This document shows, in pieces, positions 28,761 to 41,723 of a DNA stretch of 63,655 nucleotides; position 1 is the stretch's first letter; every line of letters begins with the position of its first letter. Origin of the DNA: Octopus bimaculoides (taxonomy: Eukaryota); assembly GCF_001194135.2 (NCBI RefSeq), contig NC_069001.1, forward strand, positions 12,695,057 to 12,758,711, in the 5' to 3' direction. The notes below the pieces were generated by a model. That model was not told the origin of the DNA and searched no databases. It saw only the letters and a list, made by a program, of their open reading frames with translations. Position numbers and translations under genes: made by a program.

Positions 28761-29969
28761 TGAAACGTAGTACAGACAAGCATATATAGCACGTAAATAT
28801 AACCAACAAACACTGTGTTCTGGTCACTGTATCGGGGGAAAATACCCATCATTGTCAAAATTTTAAAAATGAAAAAGACATAAAAAAACAGACATAAAAA
28901 AGTGAAATTATATACAAAAAAATAAATTCATAATCTAACACTTAATAACCATATGTAAAATATATAATATAACAAAATATATGTAGGACCTAAATATGAA
29001 TTGACGGAGAAAATGTTTCCATTTCTCTGATTAAAAAAATTACGTTCATACATGTTGTTATACGTTGTTATAGCATCCATATACTGCAGCACTGTTTATG
29101 TTCGTGGTGGAGGTGTTGATAAGATTGTAGTTGCGTTGAAATGTTGACGGTCGTGTGGTGGGTTGGACAGGTGGTGTGGCGATGACGGTGAGGATGTTGA
29201 TTTATGTTACTAAGGAAGCTGGTTTTATGTATTTTTTTCCTTGTTATTTTGTGTGAGGGCGTGCGTGCGTGCGTGCGTGCGTGTTCGCACGCGCGGGAGA
29301 TGAATGTGCCGATGAACAAAATAAAAAGCAGGTCTCTGTCTACTTCTTGTATTTTCATCTAAATACACACGCACACATACTGATATATATATATATATNN
29401 NNNNNNNNNNNNNNNNNNNNNNNNNNNNNNNNNNNNNNNNNNNNNNNNNNNNNNNNNNNNNNNNNNNNNNNNNNNNNNNNNNNNNNNNNNNNNNNNNNNN
29501 NNNNNNNNNNNNNNNNNNNNNNNNNNNNNNNNNNNNNNNNNNNNNNNNNNNNNNNNNNNNNNNNNNNNNNNNNNNNNNNNNNNNNNNNNNNNNNNNNNNN
29601 NNNNNNNNNNNNNNNNNNNNNNNNNNNNNNNNNNNNNNNNNNNNNNNNNNNNNNNNNNNNNNNNNNNNNNNNNNNNNNNNNNNNNNNNNNNNNNNNNNNN
29701 NNNNNNNNNNNNNNNNNNNNNNNNNNNNNNNNNNNNNNNNNNNNNNNNNNNNNNNNNNNNNNNNNNNNNNNNNNNNNNNNNNNNNNNNNNNNNNNNNNNN
29801 NNNNNNNNNNNNNNATATATATATATATATATATATATACATGAGCCAAGTTGATTGCACTATTTGTTCTCACAATACATTTTTACGTGTGCTGTATCAG
29901 TGCCAATTTCCCTCACTCCCTCCTCTGTGAAATATATATTTGAAAATCTAATCACATAGCATTTGTTGC

Positions 29970-29990
29970 TATTGTTGTTATTATTATTAC

Positions 29991-30023
<33 letters not shown>

Positions 30024-30034
30024 CATCATCATCA

Positions 30035-30092
<58 letters not shown>

Positions 30093-30132
30093 GGTCCATT
30101 ATTGTTATTGATATTATTATTATTATTATTAA
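29970..30132. repeat. (ATT)n/(CAT)n microsatellite
   Basis: Direct inspection. Confidence 0.95.
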
Positions 30133-33100
30133 TGTTGTTCTTCTCGTTCATGTTTCTTCTTATTTTTTTCTGTTGTGGCAATTTAGCTCTCCTATTTTCC
30201 ATGTAAAATACACTGATTGTACGATAAGAAATAAATGAATTATATATGTATATATACATAATATATAATATAATATACAAATATATTCGCACACATAACT
30301 TACATATATATATATATANNNNNNNNNNNNNNNNNNNNNNNNNNNNNNNNNNNNNNNNNNNNNNNNNNNNNNNNNNNNNNNNNNNNNNNNNNNNNNNNNN
30401 NNNNNNNNNNNNNNNNNNNNNNNNNNNNNNNNNNNNNNNNNNNNNNNNNNNNNNNNNNNNNNNNNNNNNNNNNNNNNNNNNNNNNNNNNNNNNNNNNNNN
30501 NNNNNNNNNNNNNNNNNNNNNNNNATATATACATACATACATACATGCATACATACATACATACATACATACATACACATGTGTGTGTACGTATTTCATA
30601 TAAACACAGTGAAACAAATGTATACATATACATATATATAAATACATATAGGTATTTATATATATTTATATATATATATATATAGATATAGATATATATA
30701 TAGATATATACATATATAATTGGAATTGATGTCACGCCTACTGTATGTTATTTATTCCTCCGCACGTTTTCATTCTGCCGGAGGCAAGTTAATTACAATG
30801 TTTACAGCTTTTCCTTCTAAATACGTCATTATGGGTTCTGGCGCATCTTCTTTTATGCCGGCAATGAACGAGCAACGTACCTGCGATGGAAGGAGTCATA
30901 GACTCGTATCTGAAACATGTCAGCAAGTTGTCTGCACTTGGAAAACATTCCTTATTTTCCTTTGAATATGATGAATTCAATAAAATATATTCTGGACCTA
31001 ACATATAGACAAATATTCCCTCGTTATTGGCCAGATGGTTTTACGAGATCAGGCAAGTCTCATATCACAGTATTAAAACAGAATAATTCCACCTCAATGA
31101 GCTGCGATATGTTTAATAACATGTCGGGATATCACGGGAAGAAGAAAATCTCATAACATGCAAATATTTTCAGAAGAAGTTGTTCCAGCAAATTTCATGA
31201 CAAATGCTTGAAGACTCATAATTTTACTCGGAAGAGATACAACAGTGATTTCCAATTAGGTACTGCAAGTTTACTTAGGGTTTTATTCTTCGAGTTCTTT
31301 GTTATCCAGAGGGCCTATTTGACACGTAGCTACAGGACTGGTTCACGAAATCGGTGAGTCTGAAGTGAAACATACCCAGGGGCGATTTTTTTTCAGAGTT
31401 CTGTTTAGGCGTTAGCCGCAGAAGTATTTTCCATTATTTGAGGTAAAACATGGTCCCTTGACAATTACTACCACTCTGTGCTAAAGCAGGCCTAGGATCT
31501 TTGTTGACTAAGCGGTAAATACATAACTACAAGACTCTTGAAAATCTACAACTTGGGATCTTGACACGTATTCCCACTCCGTTTAAAAGTAAATCAAGAA
31601 GTGTTAGTAACTTCATACCCCACGAAACTCTTGAATTCTAGTTTATAGGGTCATTGCCAGGCATTATCTCTACGTGCAAAAGCAGACCAAAAAACTATTT
31701 ATGACTAAGCGGTAACTATATATTCCCCCAAAACACCAAAACTTCTCTAGGGTCCTTGGCAGGTAGTGCCGTGTCTATGAGTACGTTTTTTCCTTCATAC
31801 TCGCCTAAGAGCCAGCATTTGAGAGCCCCCTTTGGATGCAGTTTAATGTTCTTGCTCAGGACAAGCCAAGAATACATTCATGACAGACATGATTCTCCCG
31901 CTCATTTCTTCCGACTAATCTTTAGGAAAACATCTACATTACAAAGAGATAAGCCCAAAATATGTATTGGTTAAAGTCGCATATAAACGATATATTTAAG
32001 CAGATTGTTCTAGACTATTTATTTGGTTGACTGATTCAGTTGGTTGACACTGACGTTATATGATGACATTACTCACTAAATGTCACTAAAGTTCCATCAC
32101 AAAACAACTGGATATTCAATGAAGCAACAATTATAATAACAAAGACTAAAGTAATAGGATGGCTTCAACAAATATGGAAATTAAGCCATAGTTAATGTTG
32201 TTTTGTTTTTCTATTGTTTTGAGAGTTTGTTGGTTTGACTTTATTAATACTTTTGGGTTTTTTTATGCTATGTCAAAGCATTAACATCGTCCATCGTTTA
32301 ATGAGGAATTAAACCAGCTGCTTAAACTAGCAGCAGAAAGACAAAGACAGAAAAAAGAAAAGAAAAGAAGGAACGAAAGCGTGACATGGGAACAAGATTG
32401 TTGTTGATAGGCGGATAAATATCTCATCTTGGCTGTTTTGCAAGTCAAATAAACACAGATGAAATATCTTGAAAAAATTATTATGCTATTTTCTGTTGAA
32501 ACAGATCAAACCGCATCAATTAGCCTCACTCATTCATTATGTCTTTCATATATGTTTTTTTACTTTAAAGTTATGTTATGCAATAAACTTAAGTAATGGC
32601 AGCGAAACGGAGATCGATTTCTGACTAATCTAATTTTCGGAATGCTGAATGTTGATGATATTCTTGGTCTTTAATGAGAAACAAACTACAAAACATCCCA
32701 TTTACTCTTGAACATATCTGAATTTCTATGCCTTACAATATATATATTAAAGAATCATCTCGGAAACACGAAAGAGTCTGTATCTTGCTTACTTTCTCTC
32801 TCATTCTCTCCTTCCCTCTCTTTCTGCATGAAAAAGTCTGACGATTCATGAATTATTTTGGGGAAAGATACAAGAGTGCTTTCCAGTTGTCTTTTGCTGT
32901 TTTATTTACGGTTCACTCTGCTAGTCTACCGCCCTTCTGCTCTTAAGATTGAAGTGTAGGACAACGGAATACGTTCACGTGATATTAGGGCATATCTACA
33001 CTGCTGTGTACTTGTCCGACACATGTCTGGAGGCAATCAAATCACTGCATCCTTTTTGTTTTACTCTCAGGTGCGAATTTCCGACTTATCCATCTCTAAA

Positions 33101-34552
33101 CAAAAACAGCAAAAAACGATTTATAAAGCGCAAAATGAGTTAGAATAAAGAAATAGATGTGTCAGCTTTGTAACAAAGAATAAAGATTGTCAAAATATAA
33201 TAATGGCGCAAAATGAGCAGCTGTCAAAGTTTATCATATACCTTGCGACAAATTTCGTACTTGATGATCTAATATCAAAACCTAAAATTATTCAAGGCTA
33301 GGCGGAAGACTATATTTGTTCGGTAAATCCTTTTATAAAAAGAGCTGTAATTATTTTGTTAAATTATCATGTCATGAGATAATCTAGCGTGATAATTATT
33401 TATTTATTTCTAAATAACACCTGTGAGATTGTCAGTGGAAACCTGATCTGATGGAAAAAAAAACAGCACTAACTTTCCTCATATTACATCGTACCGTCTT
33501 AATAAAAGAAACATCAGATGAGATGCGTTTGAGTATACCATTGCGGAAGAGTAGAATAAAGAACAAAAACAAAAAGAAAACCGTGATAATCTACCTCATA
33601 AGTCTTTTTGCACATTGTAGACATTTAGGGGCTGAACAATAATTTTCGAGCAAACAGAATGAAATGACATTTAGCTGGAGCAGAATTCACTACGCTTTAC
33701 AAATGAAGGATAAATGACGTCACACGTAGATTGAATTAAAATTAAAGAATGTTTTGTTGAATATCCATATGATTATTAGACGTGGAAAATATGTTCAAAG
33801 TGAAGCTGATGCTGGGAGTGCACTGAGAGTTTCAGGTTCAATTAGCAAAATATAGAAGATAGGAGTTCTTTTGAGAATAAACCTGCTGCATCGTGGATTT
33901 TTGATGTAAGGTGATACACAGTAATCTATACTACAAAGACAATGGTTACATTACTGTACGTACAGAATTAATGATTCTGCTCGCAGCGAATATCTGTTCT
34001 ATTAGTGGTATGTAATTACTGTTAGGTTGATTAAACCAAAGTAGAGTTGAACACATCGCACACATATACACATGGACAAACAAGCAGACAACAAAACGTG
34101 TGACGAGATTAGATATTCTTTTATACTTTTACAATGGCTGCTGCCACTCACTGAGCTGGAGAATAAAAATAATGAGTGTTATGAAGTCAATGAAGCCAAT
34201 TTACAGCTTATGCGAACTGAAATTTGTTGAGTGATAATACTGTCGAATATATATGCCTATAATGGACTCTCCCGTTGTAGACGGCGTGTGAACATTCAGC
34301 ATTTGCCGAACGACCTCCACAAATGATTTGTTTATAATGATCAAATGTTCGTGCCACACATTAGCTTACTCTCTTCATGGAATCGACGTAGTCTGAGCAG
34401 ATACACGGTGTACCACAATTCAGTTGTTAAAGTGATCGCAGAGTAACATGGCTTAGTAATTTTGATTTCAATTCCTAGACCGTGTGGTGCGTTGTGATTT
34501 CGGGCAAAACCTTTACCACTAAGCAATGCGCTCTGATATATTTCCTGTGTGC

Positions 34553-34673
34553 TAAAGAGTATTTACCCTATTTTCTAAGCTGTCTTCACAACCATCCTGA
34601 GTAATACATATTTTCTATAATATATATCCACATCCTGTGAAGACAGCTTAGAAAATCGGGTAAATATTCTTTA
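34553..34673. repeat. Inverted repeat with 38-bp arms and a 45-nt spacer (MITE-like)
   Basis: taaagagtatttaccctattttctaagctgtcttcaca (34553-34590) versus tgtgaagacagcttagaaaatcgggtaaatattcttta (34636-34673); 2 mismatches. Confidence 0.9.
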
Positions 34674-34944
34674 TTACGCGGGAAAAAGTTACCAGTAAGA
34701 CACTATAGAGAATCGAACCACGTACCTCACAAATTCAACTTGAGCGCGCTGAAGCATTAAGCTAAAATACCGCTGGAAACATACTTTCTTTTGATAATGA
34801 TAAATAATAACATTTGGAATGTAAGAACATTTTGTAAAGAAACTAAGCGTCGAGTGAGTTAGTATTAGACAGAAGATAAAGGGAGTTTTCGAACGCTGTG
34901 TGACTGGTGGGAGAAGGAACATTAGTAGTAGAAGTAACAGATAG

Positions 34945-35140
34945 GGAACCCCCTACGTCTGTTTACAACTGGTGTTGGTGTGTCTATGTCCCAGTAATCT
35001 AGCAGTTCGGGAAAAGAACCGATTGACTAAATACCAGGCTTGAAAAAAACAGCGTAAAGCCCTATAAATACTGCTGTCGATTCGTTCAACCAAACCCTTC
35101 CCGATGCTGCCTCGTCATGGCCGCAGTCTAATGTATGAAA
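34945..35140 (+). mobile_element. SINE family B, 3' part
   Basis: caactggtgttggtgtgtctatgtcccagtaatctagcagttcgg...gtcgattcgttcaac...catggccgcagtc matches the tail of the 36876-37340 copy. Confidence 0.75.
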
Positions 35141-35722
35141 AAAAAAAAAGGAAAGAAGATATTAAAACAAAACATTACAAACAACAACAAAAACATCAAA
35201 AAGAACAACATCAAAAGTGACAAAAACAAGTACAGCAACAACCACAACAAAAATTAAGATAAATAACGAAAATGTTTAGACTATGACATCAAAGACGATG
35301 TTTAACCAACCGATGAAAAGAGACCAATGAATATACATATTCAGGTGACACGAAGTCAAGTCACGTGCTGTTGAATTTGAATATATAACGAACTCGCTGG
35401 CTTTAACTCTTTAATAAAGATATATTCAAATAATGTTTCCCTATTAGGAAATTTCCTTTCGTTTTACTGAATAATTATATGGCGGTTTATAAAAGCGCTA
35501 AATTGCAATTAAGTCGTCTGAACAAAGATAAAATTGTTATTCTACCATTGTCCCCTCAATTAGTATCCTTGATGCGCTGCTATCTGAGATGTTATAAACA
35601 GTTTAAAAACGAACGATCGGGAATATAATGAACCATTCAATAACGTCTGAAAACTGTAAAAAAAAAAAGGAAGTTAAAGATTAACAACGAGTATTATGTA
35701 TATATATAATACTCAATAATAG

Positions 35723-36113
35723 TTGTTGTTGTTGGCATTCCGTCGCTTACGACGTCGAGGGTTCCAGTTGATCCGATCAACGGAACAGCCTGCTCGTGAA
35801 ATTAACGTGCAAGTGGCTGAGCACTCCACAGACACGTGTACCCTTAACGTAGTTCTCGGGGATATTCAGCGTGACACAGTGTGACAAAGCTGACCCTTTG
35901 AATTACAGGCACAACAGAAACAGGAAGTAAGAGTGACGGAAAGTTGTGGTGAAAGAATACACCAGGGTTTACCACCATCCCCTGTCGGAGCCTCGTGGAG
36001 ATTTAGTTGTTTTCGCTCAATAAGAACTCACGACGCCCGGTCTGGGAATCGAAACCGCGAGCCTATGACCGCGAGTCCGCTGCCCTAACCACTGGGCCAT
36101 TGCGCCTCCACTG
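35723..36113 (-). mobile_element. tRNA-derived SINE family D, full length, with target-site duplication
   Basis: Head gtggaggcgcaatggcccagtggttagggcagcgg, B-box-like ggtttcgattccc and a (CAA)n tail. A perfect 14-bp direct repeat atactcaataatag flanks it at 35709-35722 and 36114-36127. Confidence 0.95.
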
Positions 36114-36572
36114 ATACTCAATAATAGAGTGCTAAAAAACAGTAAAATTCTCAAAAATGTAGTAGAGATTAATAATGTATTTTAGTTTAGTTAAGTGAGA
36201 CTACTGCTACTCTCAGTTTGCCCTCTGTGTGTACAAGATCATCAGGAAAGTTTCGATTGAAATATGATGAAATTCAGACGCACTTATGTAGGATGGTGTC
36301 GTAGGAAATGGGCTAAAAAAGGAGAGAAGCACAAAGAAAAGAAAACGCCAAAAGGAAAGAAAAAAGAGAACAGAAAGTAGTGTGGGTCCATGCAGTGCAT
36401 AAGAATATGATACAGTTATCATTGCTGATGAGTCGTAATCAATAATGTGATAAATAACTTAAAAACCAACGATAAGGAATATAATGAATGGGTCGGCGTT
36501 GTTCCTTGTCTAAAATAAAACCCAGGTTAGGTAATGATGCGAGCTATATAAACAGTTTAAATATACTTTTCT

Positions 36573-36748
36573 AATTTTGGCAGAAATTCAACAATTTGAG
36601 AGTTGATTACATTGACCCGCATGCTCTGGATCCTAGGAGGATGAAAAACAGAGTCTAACGCAAAGGTCTCTGAGCTCAGAATGTAAAGAGCCGGAGGATA
36701 TGCCGTTAATCATTTTGTCTGAAGTGTTAATGATTCAGCCAGCTCGCT
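36573..36748 (-). mobile_element. SINE family A, old copy
   Basis: Reverse-complement similarity: ggatgaaaaacagagtc...gagctcagaatgtaaagagc...gattcagccagctcgc. Confidence 0.65.
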
Positions 36749-36875
36749 GGTTTATAAATCTTAAATATAGCCCTCTTCGACTGACCAATTTTAAAATGTC
36801 TATGTGATCGACTGACCTGATAAAGATAAGAGGTACATCTCTACCAAAGGTTACTCTATCAGTTTCAGAAAACAT

Positions 36876-37023
36876 TATGGCTGTTGGGCCTTGTAAGAAG
36901 CTTTCCAACAACATGGTTCCGGCTTCAGTCCCACTCCGTGGTACCTTAGGCGAATTTCTACTACTATAGGCTCAGGTCGACCAAAACCTTGTGAGCGGAT
37001 CAGGTAGACGGAAACTGAAAAGA

Positions 37024-37063
<40 letters not shown>

Positions 37064-37340
37064 ATATATATGTATATATGAGTGTGTGTGTGTGTGTGTG
37101 TGTGTGTGTCTGTGTAGTTATGTGTGTGTCTTTGCGTCTGTGATTTTGTCCACCAACCCGTCGCTTGACAAGCGACGTTAGTGTGTTTACGTTCATCTGC
37201 CTTAGCAGTTCGTCAAAAGGGACAAACAGAATAAGTACCGGGCAAACAAACAAGAAATCCTGGAGTCGATTTCTTCGACTAAAAGACGGTGCACCAGCAT
37301 GGCCGCAGTCAAACGACTAAAACAAGTAAAACAGTGAAAG
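36876..37340 (+). mobile_element. SINE family B (CORE-like), near full length, with an internal TA/TG microsatellite
   Basis: gtaagaagctt...catggttccggcttcagtcccactccgtggtaccttaggc (resembles the CORE gaccttgggcaag motif)...gtagacggaaactgaa, then the microsatellite, then the tail ending gcatggccgcagtc...aaacaagtaaaa. Confidence 0.85.
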
Positions 37341-38452
37341 AACAAAGTATTCTGGGATACTCAATTCATAAAAAAGTATGATGGAATTTTTATCTCCGAT
37401 GAACTATAATTAAGGGTTTTATAAACATTTTATAAAAGGAAGCAATTCGGGATGTAATCGATGTCTTCTATCTGAAAAAATGATTTAGCGATTGGGAACG
37501 AGAATTAGGTGCAGATGTGATTGTGTGGTAAGACGGTTGCTTCCCTTGACTTCCGGTGTTGTGTGTTAGTAGTTTCTTACGTGAACAGAGGTGGATGTGG
37601 GCCAGCTCTGCTCCGTCTAATACATGAAAATAAAGAACATTTGAAGAACCCGCCAAGGTCAGTCGGTTTTGTTGCTCAGTTGAGCGATAATTTGTTGTGT
37701 ATTTTTTTTTCAGCAGGTTTTTGTTCAGCATTGCGACATTTTTGCTTGCCTTTGTCGGCTTTTTTGTGTTTGTTCGTTTACGAAGAAAATTGTATGTTCA
37801 TTCTCTGTGGTAGGTGGGTTCGCTCCTGCCATAGAGTGAAATTTTTTGCTTGGCTTTTTAGCCAGGAAAAATAAAAAGACTTTGTGTTCACATTTGTGAN
37901 NNNNNNNNNNNNNNNNNNNNNNNNNNNNNNNNNNNNNNNNNNNNNNNNNNNNNNNNNNNNNNNNNNNNNNNNNNNNNNNNNNNNNNNNNNNNNNNNNNNN
38001 NNNNNNNNNNNNNNNNNNNNNNNNNNNNNNNNNNNNNNNNNNNNNNNNNNNNNNNNNNNNNNNNNNNNNNNNNNNNNNNNNNNNNNNNNNNNNNNNNNNN
38101 NNNNNNNNNNNNNNNNNNNNNNNNNNNNNNNNNNNNNNNNNNNNNNNNNNNNNNNNNNNNNNNNNNNNNNNNNNNNNNNNNNNNNNNNNNNNNNNNNNNN
38201 NNNNNNNNNNNNNNNNNNNNNNNNNNNNNNNNNNNNNNNNNNNNNNNNNNNNNNNNNNNNNNNNNNNNNNNNNNNNNNNNNNNNNNNNNNNNNNNNNNNN
38301 NNNNNNNNNNNNNNNNNNNNNNNNNNNNNNNNNNNNNNNNNNNNNNNNNNNNNNNNNNNNNNNNNNNNNNNNNNNNNNNNNNNNNNNNNNNNNNNNNNNN
38401 NNNNNNNNNNNNNNNNNNNNNNNNNNNNNNNNNNNNNNNNNNNNNNTGTGGA

Positions 38453-38823
38453 GTGAAAATATTTATTAGCAATTTTTGCTGAAAAATTTGGTGAACGAAT
38501 TGTACAGTGAAAATATTTGTTAGCAATTTTTGCTGAAAAATTTGGTGAACGAATTGTACAGTGAAAATATTTGTTAGCAATTTTTGCTGAAAAATTTGGT
38601 CAACGAATTGTGCAGTCAAAATATTTGCTAGCAATTTTTACTGAAAAATTTGGTGAACGAATTGTAGAGTGAAAATATTTGTTAGCATTTTTTTGCTGAA
38701 AAATTTGAACGAATTGTGCAGTGAAAATATTTGTTAGCAATTTTTGCTGAAAAATTTGGTGAACGAATTGTACAGTGAAAATATTTGTTAGCATTTTTTG
38801 CTGAAAAATTTTGTGAACGAATT
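38453..38823. repeat. 54-bp minisatellite, 7 visible units, continuing into an N-gap
   Basis: Unit gtgaaaatatttgttagcaatttttgctgaaaaatttggtgaacgaattgtaca starts at 38453, 38507, 38561, 38615, 38669, 38721 and 38775. Degenerate flanks lie near 37835-37870 and 38860-38900. Confidence 0.97.
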
Positions 38824-39040
38824 AGTGTTTGCTGCTTGTGGTTCGAGTGTTTGGTTCACAAGAGTAAAAATATTTTGTTTGGCAATTTTTTGCCGGAAAC
38901 GCAGTGGAGTACCTTGAATCGTAAACAGTCTTACTTCATCACTCATCACGAGTCCTTGTCAACCAAATTTTCTCTCTCTCTTACATTCTCTCCATTCACT
39001 CCGGTACCAGTACTTCTTCCCGTCTTCCATATCACCACTT

Positions 39041-39094
39041 CACGTTCTGATCCAACTCCACGTTCTGATCTAACTGAACGTTTTGATCCAACAC
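39041..39094. repeat. 18-bp tandem repeat x3
   Basis: cacgttctgatccaactc / cacgttctgatctaactg / aacgttttgatccaacac. Confidence 0.85.
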
Positions 39095-39539
39095 CAAAAA
39101 GCACTTTCCACTTTATTCCGCTAATACTCTACTTTATCCAAGGCACTCCAAAATCTGATCTATGTCAATGTCACACTGAAGACACCAGCACCCACATGAG
39201 CCACTTCTAACTAACTAACTAACCCAACTGTTTTCACAAACATTACCCGAAGCCATGCTGTAATTATACACGTCATAGAGAAAATGAGTTTTAACTTTTA
39301 TCATTATCATACTAGAACATTCGAGTCGCATAGATTTCATTTCACATTCAGCACTAATTATATTTCTTTGTTTGATGTTGTCGTTGTAGTTGTTCATCGT
39401 GTTGTTGTTCTTGTTGTTGTTGTTAATCTCCTGTTTTTACTGCTTTGCTTTATTACATTTTATTCTAAAATTGACGACATCTTGTCGCATTAAATCCCGC
39501 ACTTTTGAAGTCTCTGTATACAGTTATTTCACACACAAC

Positions 39540-40262
39540 CATTACAAACGTCACCACCACCACCACTACCACCACCACCATCAGAAACACAACCACCACA
39601 ATCACCTCCACGGCGACGACGAAAGCCACCGCCGCCACTACCATCACGACCACCACCTCCACCATCATTATCACCATCACCATCAATACAACCGCCACCA
39701 GCACCACCACCAGCACCACCACCAGCACCATCATCGCCTCCACCACCGCCATCACCACATCCCCTCCACGACGTTGACGACGGCCACCACCACCACCATT
39801 ACAACTACAACCATCTCCTCCACCTTAACTAGCACTATCATCATCATCTGCACCACCACCATCTCCACCACCATCTATTATCACCACCGCCATCATCACT
39901 ACGGCCATCATCGCTACCACCGCTATACCGTCGATGACAGCAGCAGATCCCAACCACCATCACCATCATCACTATCATCCCAACCTCCAATATTATTGCG
40001 AGTGGCACCACCACCAGCACCACTATTAACATCATCACTACTACTACAGGCACAAACAACGTTATCATTCTAATGACAGCTATCATCATCATCATCATCA
40101 TAATGAGCCTCCTACTCCTTCTCATCTTTCCCATCATCATCATCATCATCATCCACCTCCTCCTACTCATCACCATCATCATCACCACCACCACCAACGG
40201 CAGCAGCAGCATCACCACCACAAATACCGTCAAAACATCGTCACCAACAGCAACAAAACCAA
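39540..40262. repeat. Degenerate (ACC/CAT/CAC)n low-complexity tract
   Basis: Continuous trinucleotide periodicity; gives His-, Thr- and Val-rich ORFs in several frames. Confidence 0.9.
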
Positions 40263-40326
40263 CACAAGGTACAACTCCCTCTTTCCACCACTATTTCTCT
40301 ATCGACCTCTCTTTCTCCCCCTCGCT

Positions 40327-40406
40327 CACTCCCTCTCTCTATTTCCCTCTCTCTATTTCCCTCTCTATTTCCTTCTCTCTATTTCCCTCTCTCTATTTCC
40401 CTCTCT
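40327..40406. repeat. ~14-bp pyrimidine tandem repeat (ctctctctatttcc)
   Basis: About five imperfect units visible. Confidence 0.85.
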
Positions 40407-40584
40407 CATATCCATCCAAGCTTACTCTGCCAGCCTCTAGTTAGGAACATGTATGATTCAAAATAGATCCTTCTCATTAGCTATTCAAACTTAGATATAC
40501 CTAATCATGTCGCCATCTGGTTTCTTTTTCAACGAACCAATTAATCAATTACCAACTATTGCAGTGCGTCTTGTATATGGCTAA

Positions 40585-40703
40585 CTGTGTGTGTGTGCGC
40601 GCGCGCGCATGTATATATATATATATATGTGTGTATGTATGTGTATATATATATATATATATATACATACAGACACACACATATATTTGTGTATGATAAT
40701 ATA

Positions 40704-40756
<53 letters not shown>

Positions 40757-40887
40757 ATATGTATATTTGTATATGTATATATATATATATATATATATAG
40801 ATGACACATATATTTGTGTATGATAATATATGTATATTATGTGTATATATATGTATATATGTGTGTATATATGTGTATATATATGTA

Positions 40888-40920
<33 letters not shown>

Positions 40921-40963
40921 TTGTATATGTATATATATATTTGTATATCTATCTATCTATCTA

Positions 40964-41042
<79 letters not shown>

Positions 41043-41125
41043 ATGTACGTATATATACACACATACATACACTGACACACACACATATATATACGTATAC
41101 ACGCACATACATATATGTGTGTGTA
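40585..41125. repeat. Compound TG/TA/CT microsatellite with an internal duplicated module
   Basis: The module cacatatatttgtgtatgataatatatgtatat occurs twice (near 40677 and 40805). Confidence 0.92.
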
Positions 41126-41723
41126 TGTGTGTATGCCTGGTCTCGTTCGTTAGAAATGGCGTCAAACCGTTGCTAAAAATGAGTAATAATTCTCTTTCTG
41201 TCTTTTATTTGGCATTACGTGTCCTTTCTGAACGAGCTGATCAAGACCTGTTTGTTTATTTCTCTTCACTAACGAATGAATCGCTTTCTTCTATCCACAC
41301 GTTGAACAGGATACGTCAGACATGGCGGCTCTCACAATGTAGACCTAATTCTCATATTTTTCTTGTCAGCAGATTTTTGTGCATATCCTTACGTATTATT
41401 GTATCTATCTGCTTGATCAGCTGCTATAGTTTTTGTGGTTTAGTTTTCCGTTCATATTTATAACGCTGAGGTCGTGAAGAATCTGCAGTACCAGGTAATG
41501 ACTGGTACTACCCTGTACATGGTTTTGATTTTTGTATAAAAGACGATCTACAGCAAATGTTCTGCTCAATATCACAAGTTTTGTTGTCAGTTGCTTGACC
41601 TTAACCGGATGAGAATGTCTCTTGTTGGCTGACAATATGTGCATCTCTGATCACGAGCAGGAGTAGTGGAAGAGTATGATAGCCATATGTTGAGAAGAAT
41701 TCTTGGAGTTTAAATAATTCACC

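Noticed and set aside
27866-28770. ORFs of 70-100 aa next to the (ACT)n tracts
   Set aside because: A-rich low-complexity sequence running into trinucleotide repeats, with no domain or splice support.
37888-38794. 18-aa repeat protein (FTVQFVHQIFQQKLLTNI)n
   Set aside because: It is a by-product of the 54-bp unit; a 52-bp unit shifts the frame, and the ORF runs into a gap.
39390-40444. His-rich and Thr-rich ORFs (227 aa and others) suggesting a histidine-rich or mucin-like protein
   Set aside because: A degenerate ACC/CAT tract is open in most frames, with no splice or start context and no non-repetitive domain.
41291-41329. Perfect Kozak GCCGCCATG on the minus strand as a gene start
   Set aside because: The ORF is only 10 codons (MSDVSCSTCG) and has no convincing donor; kept only as a motif observation.
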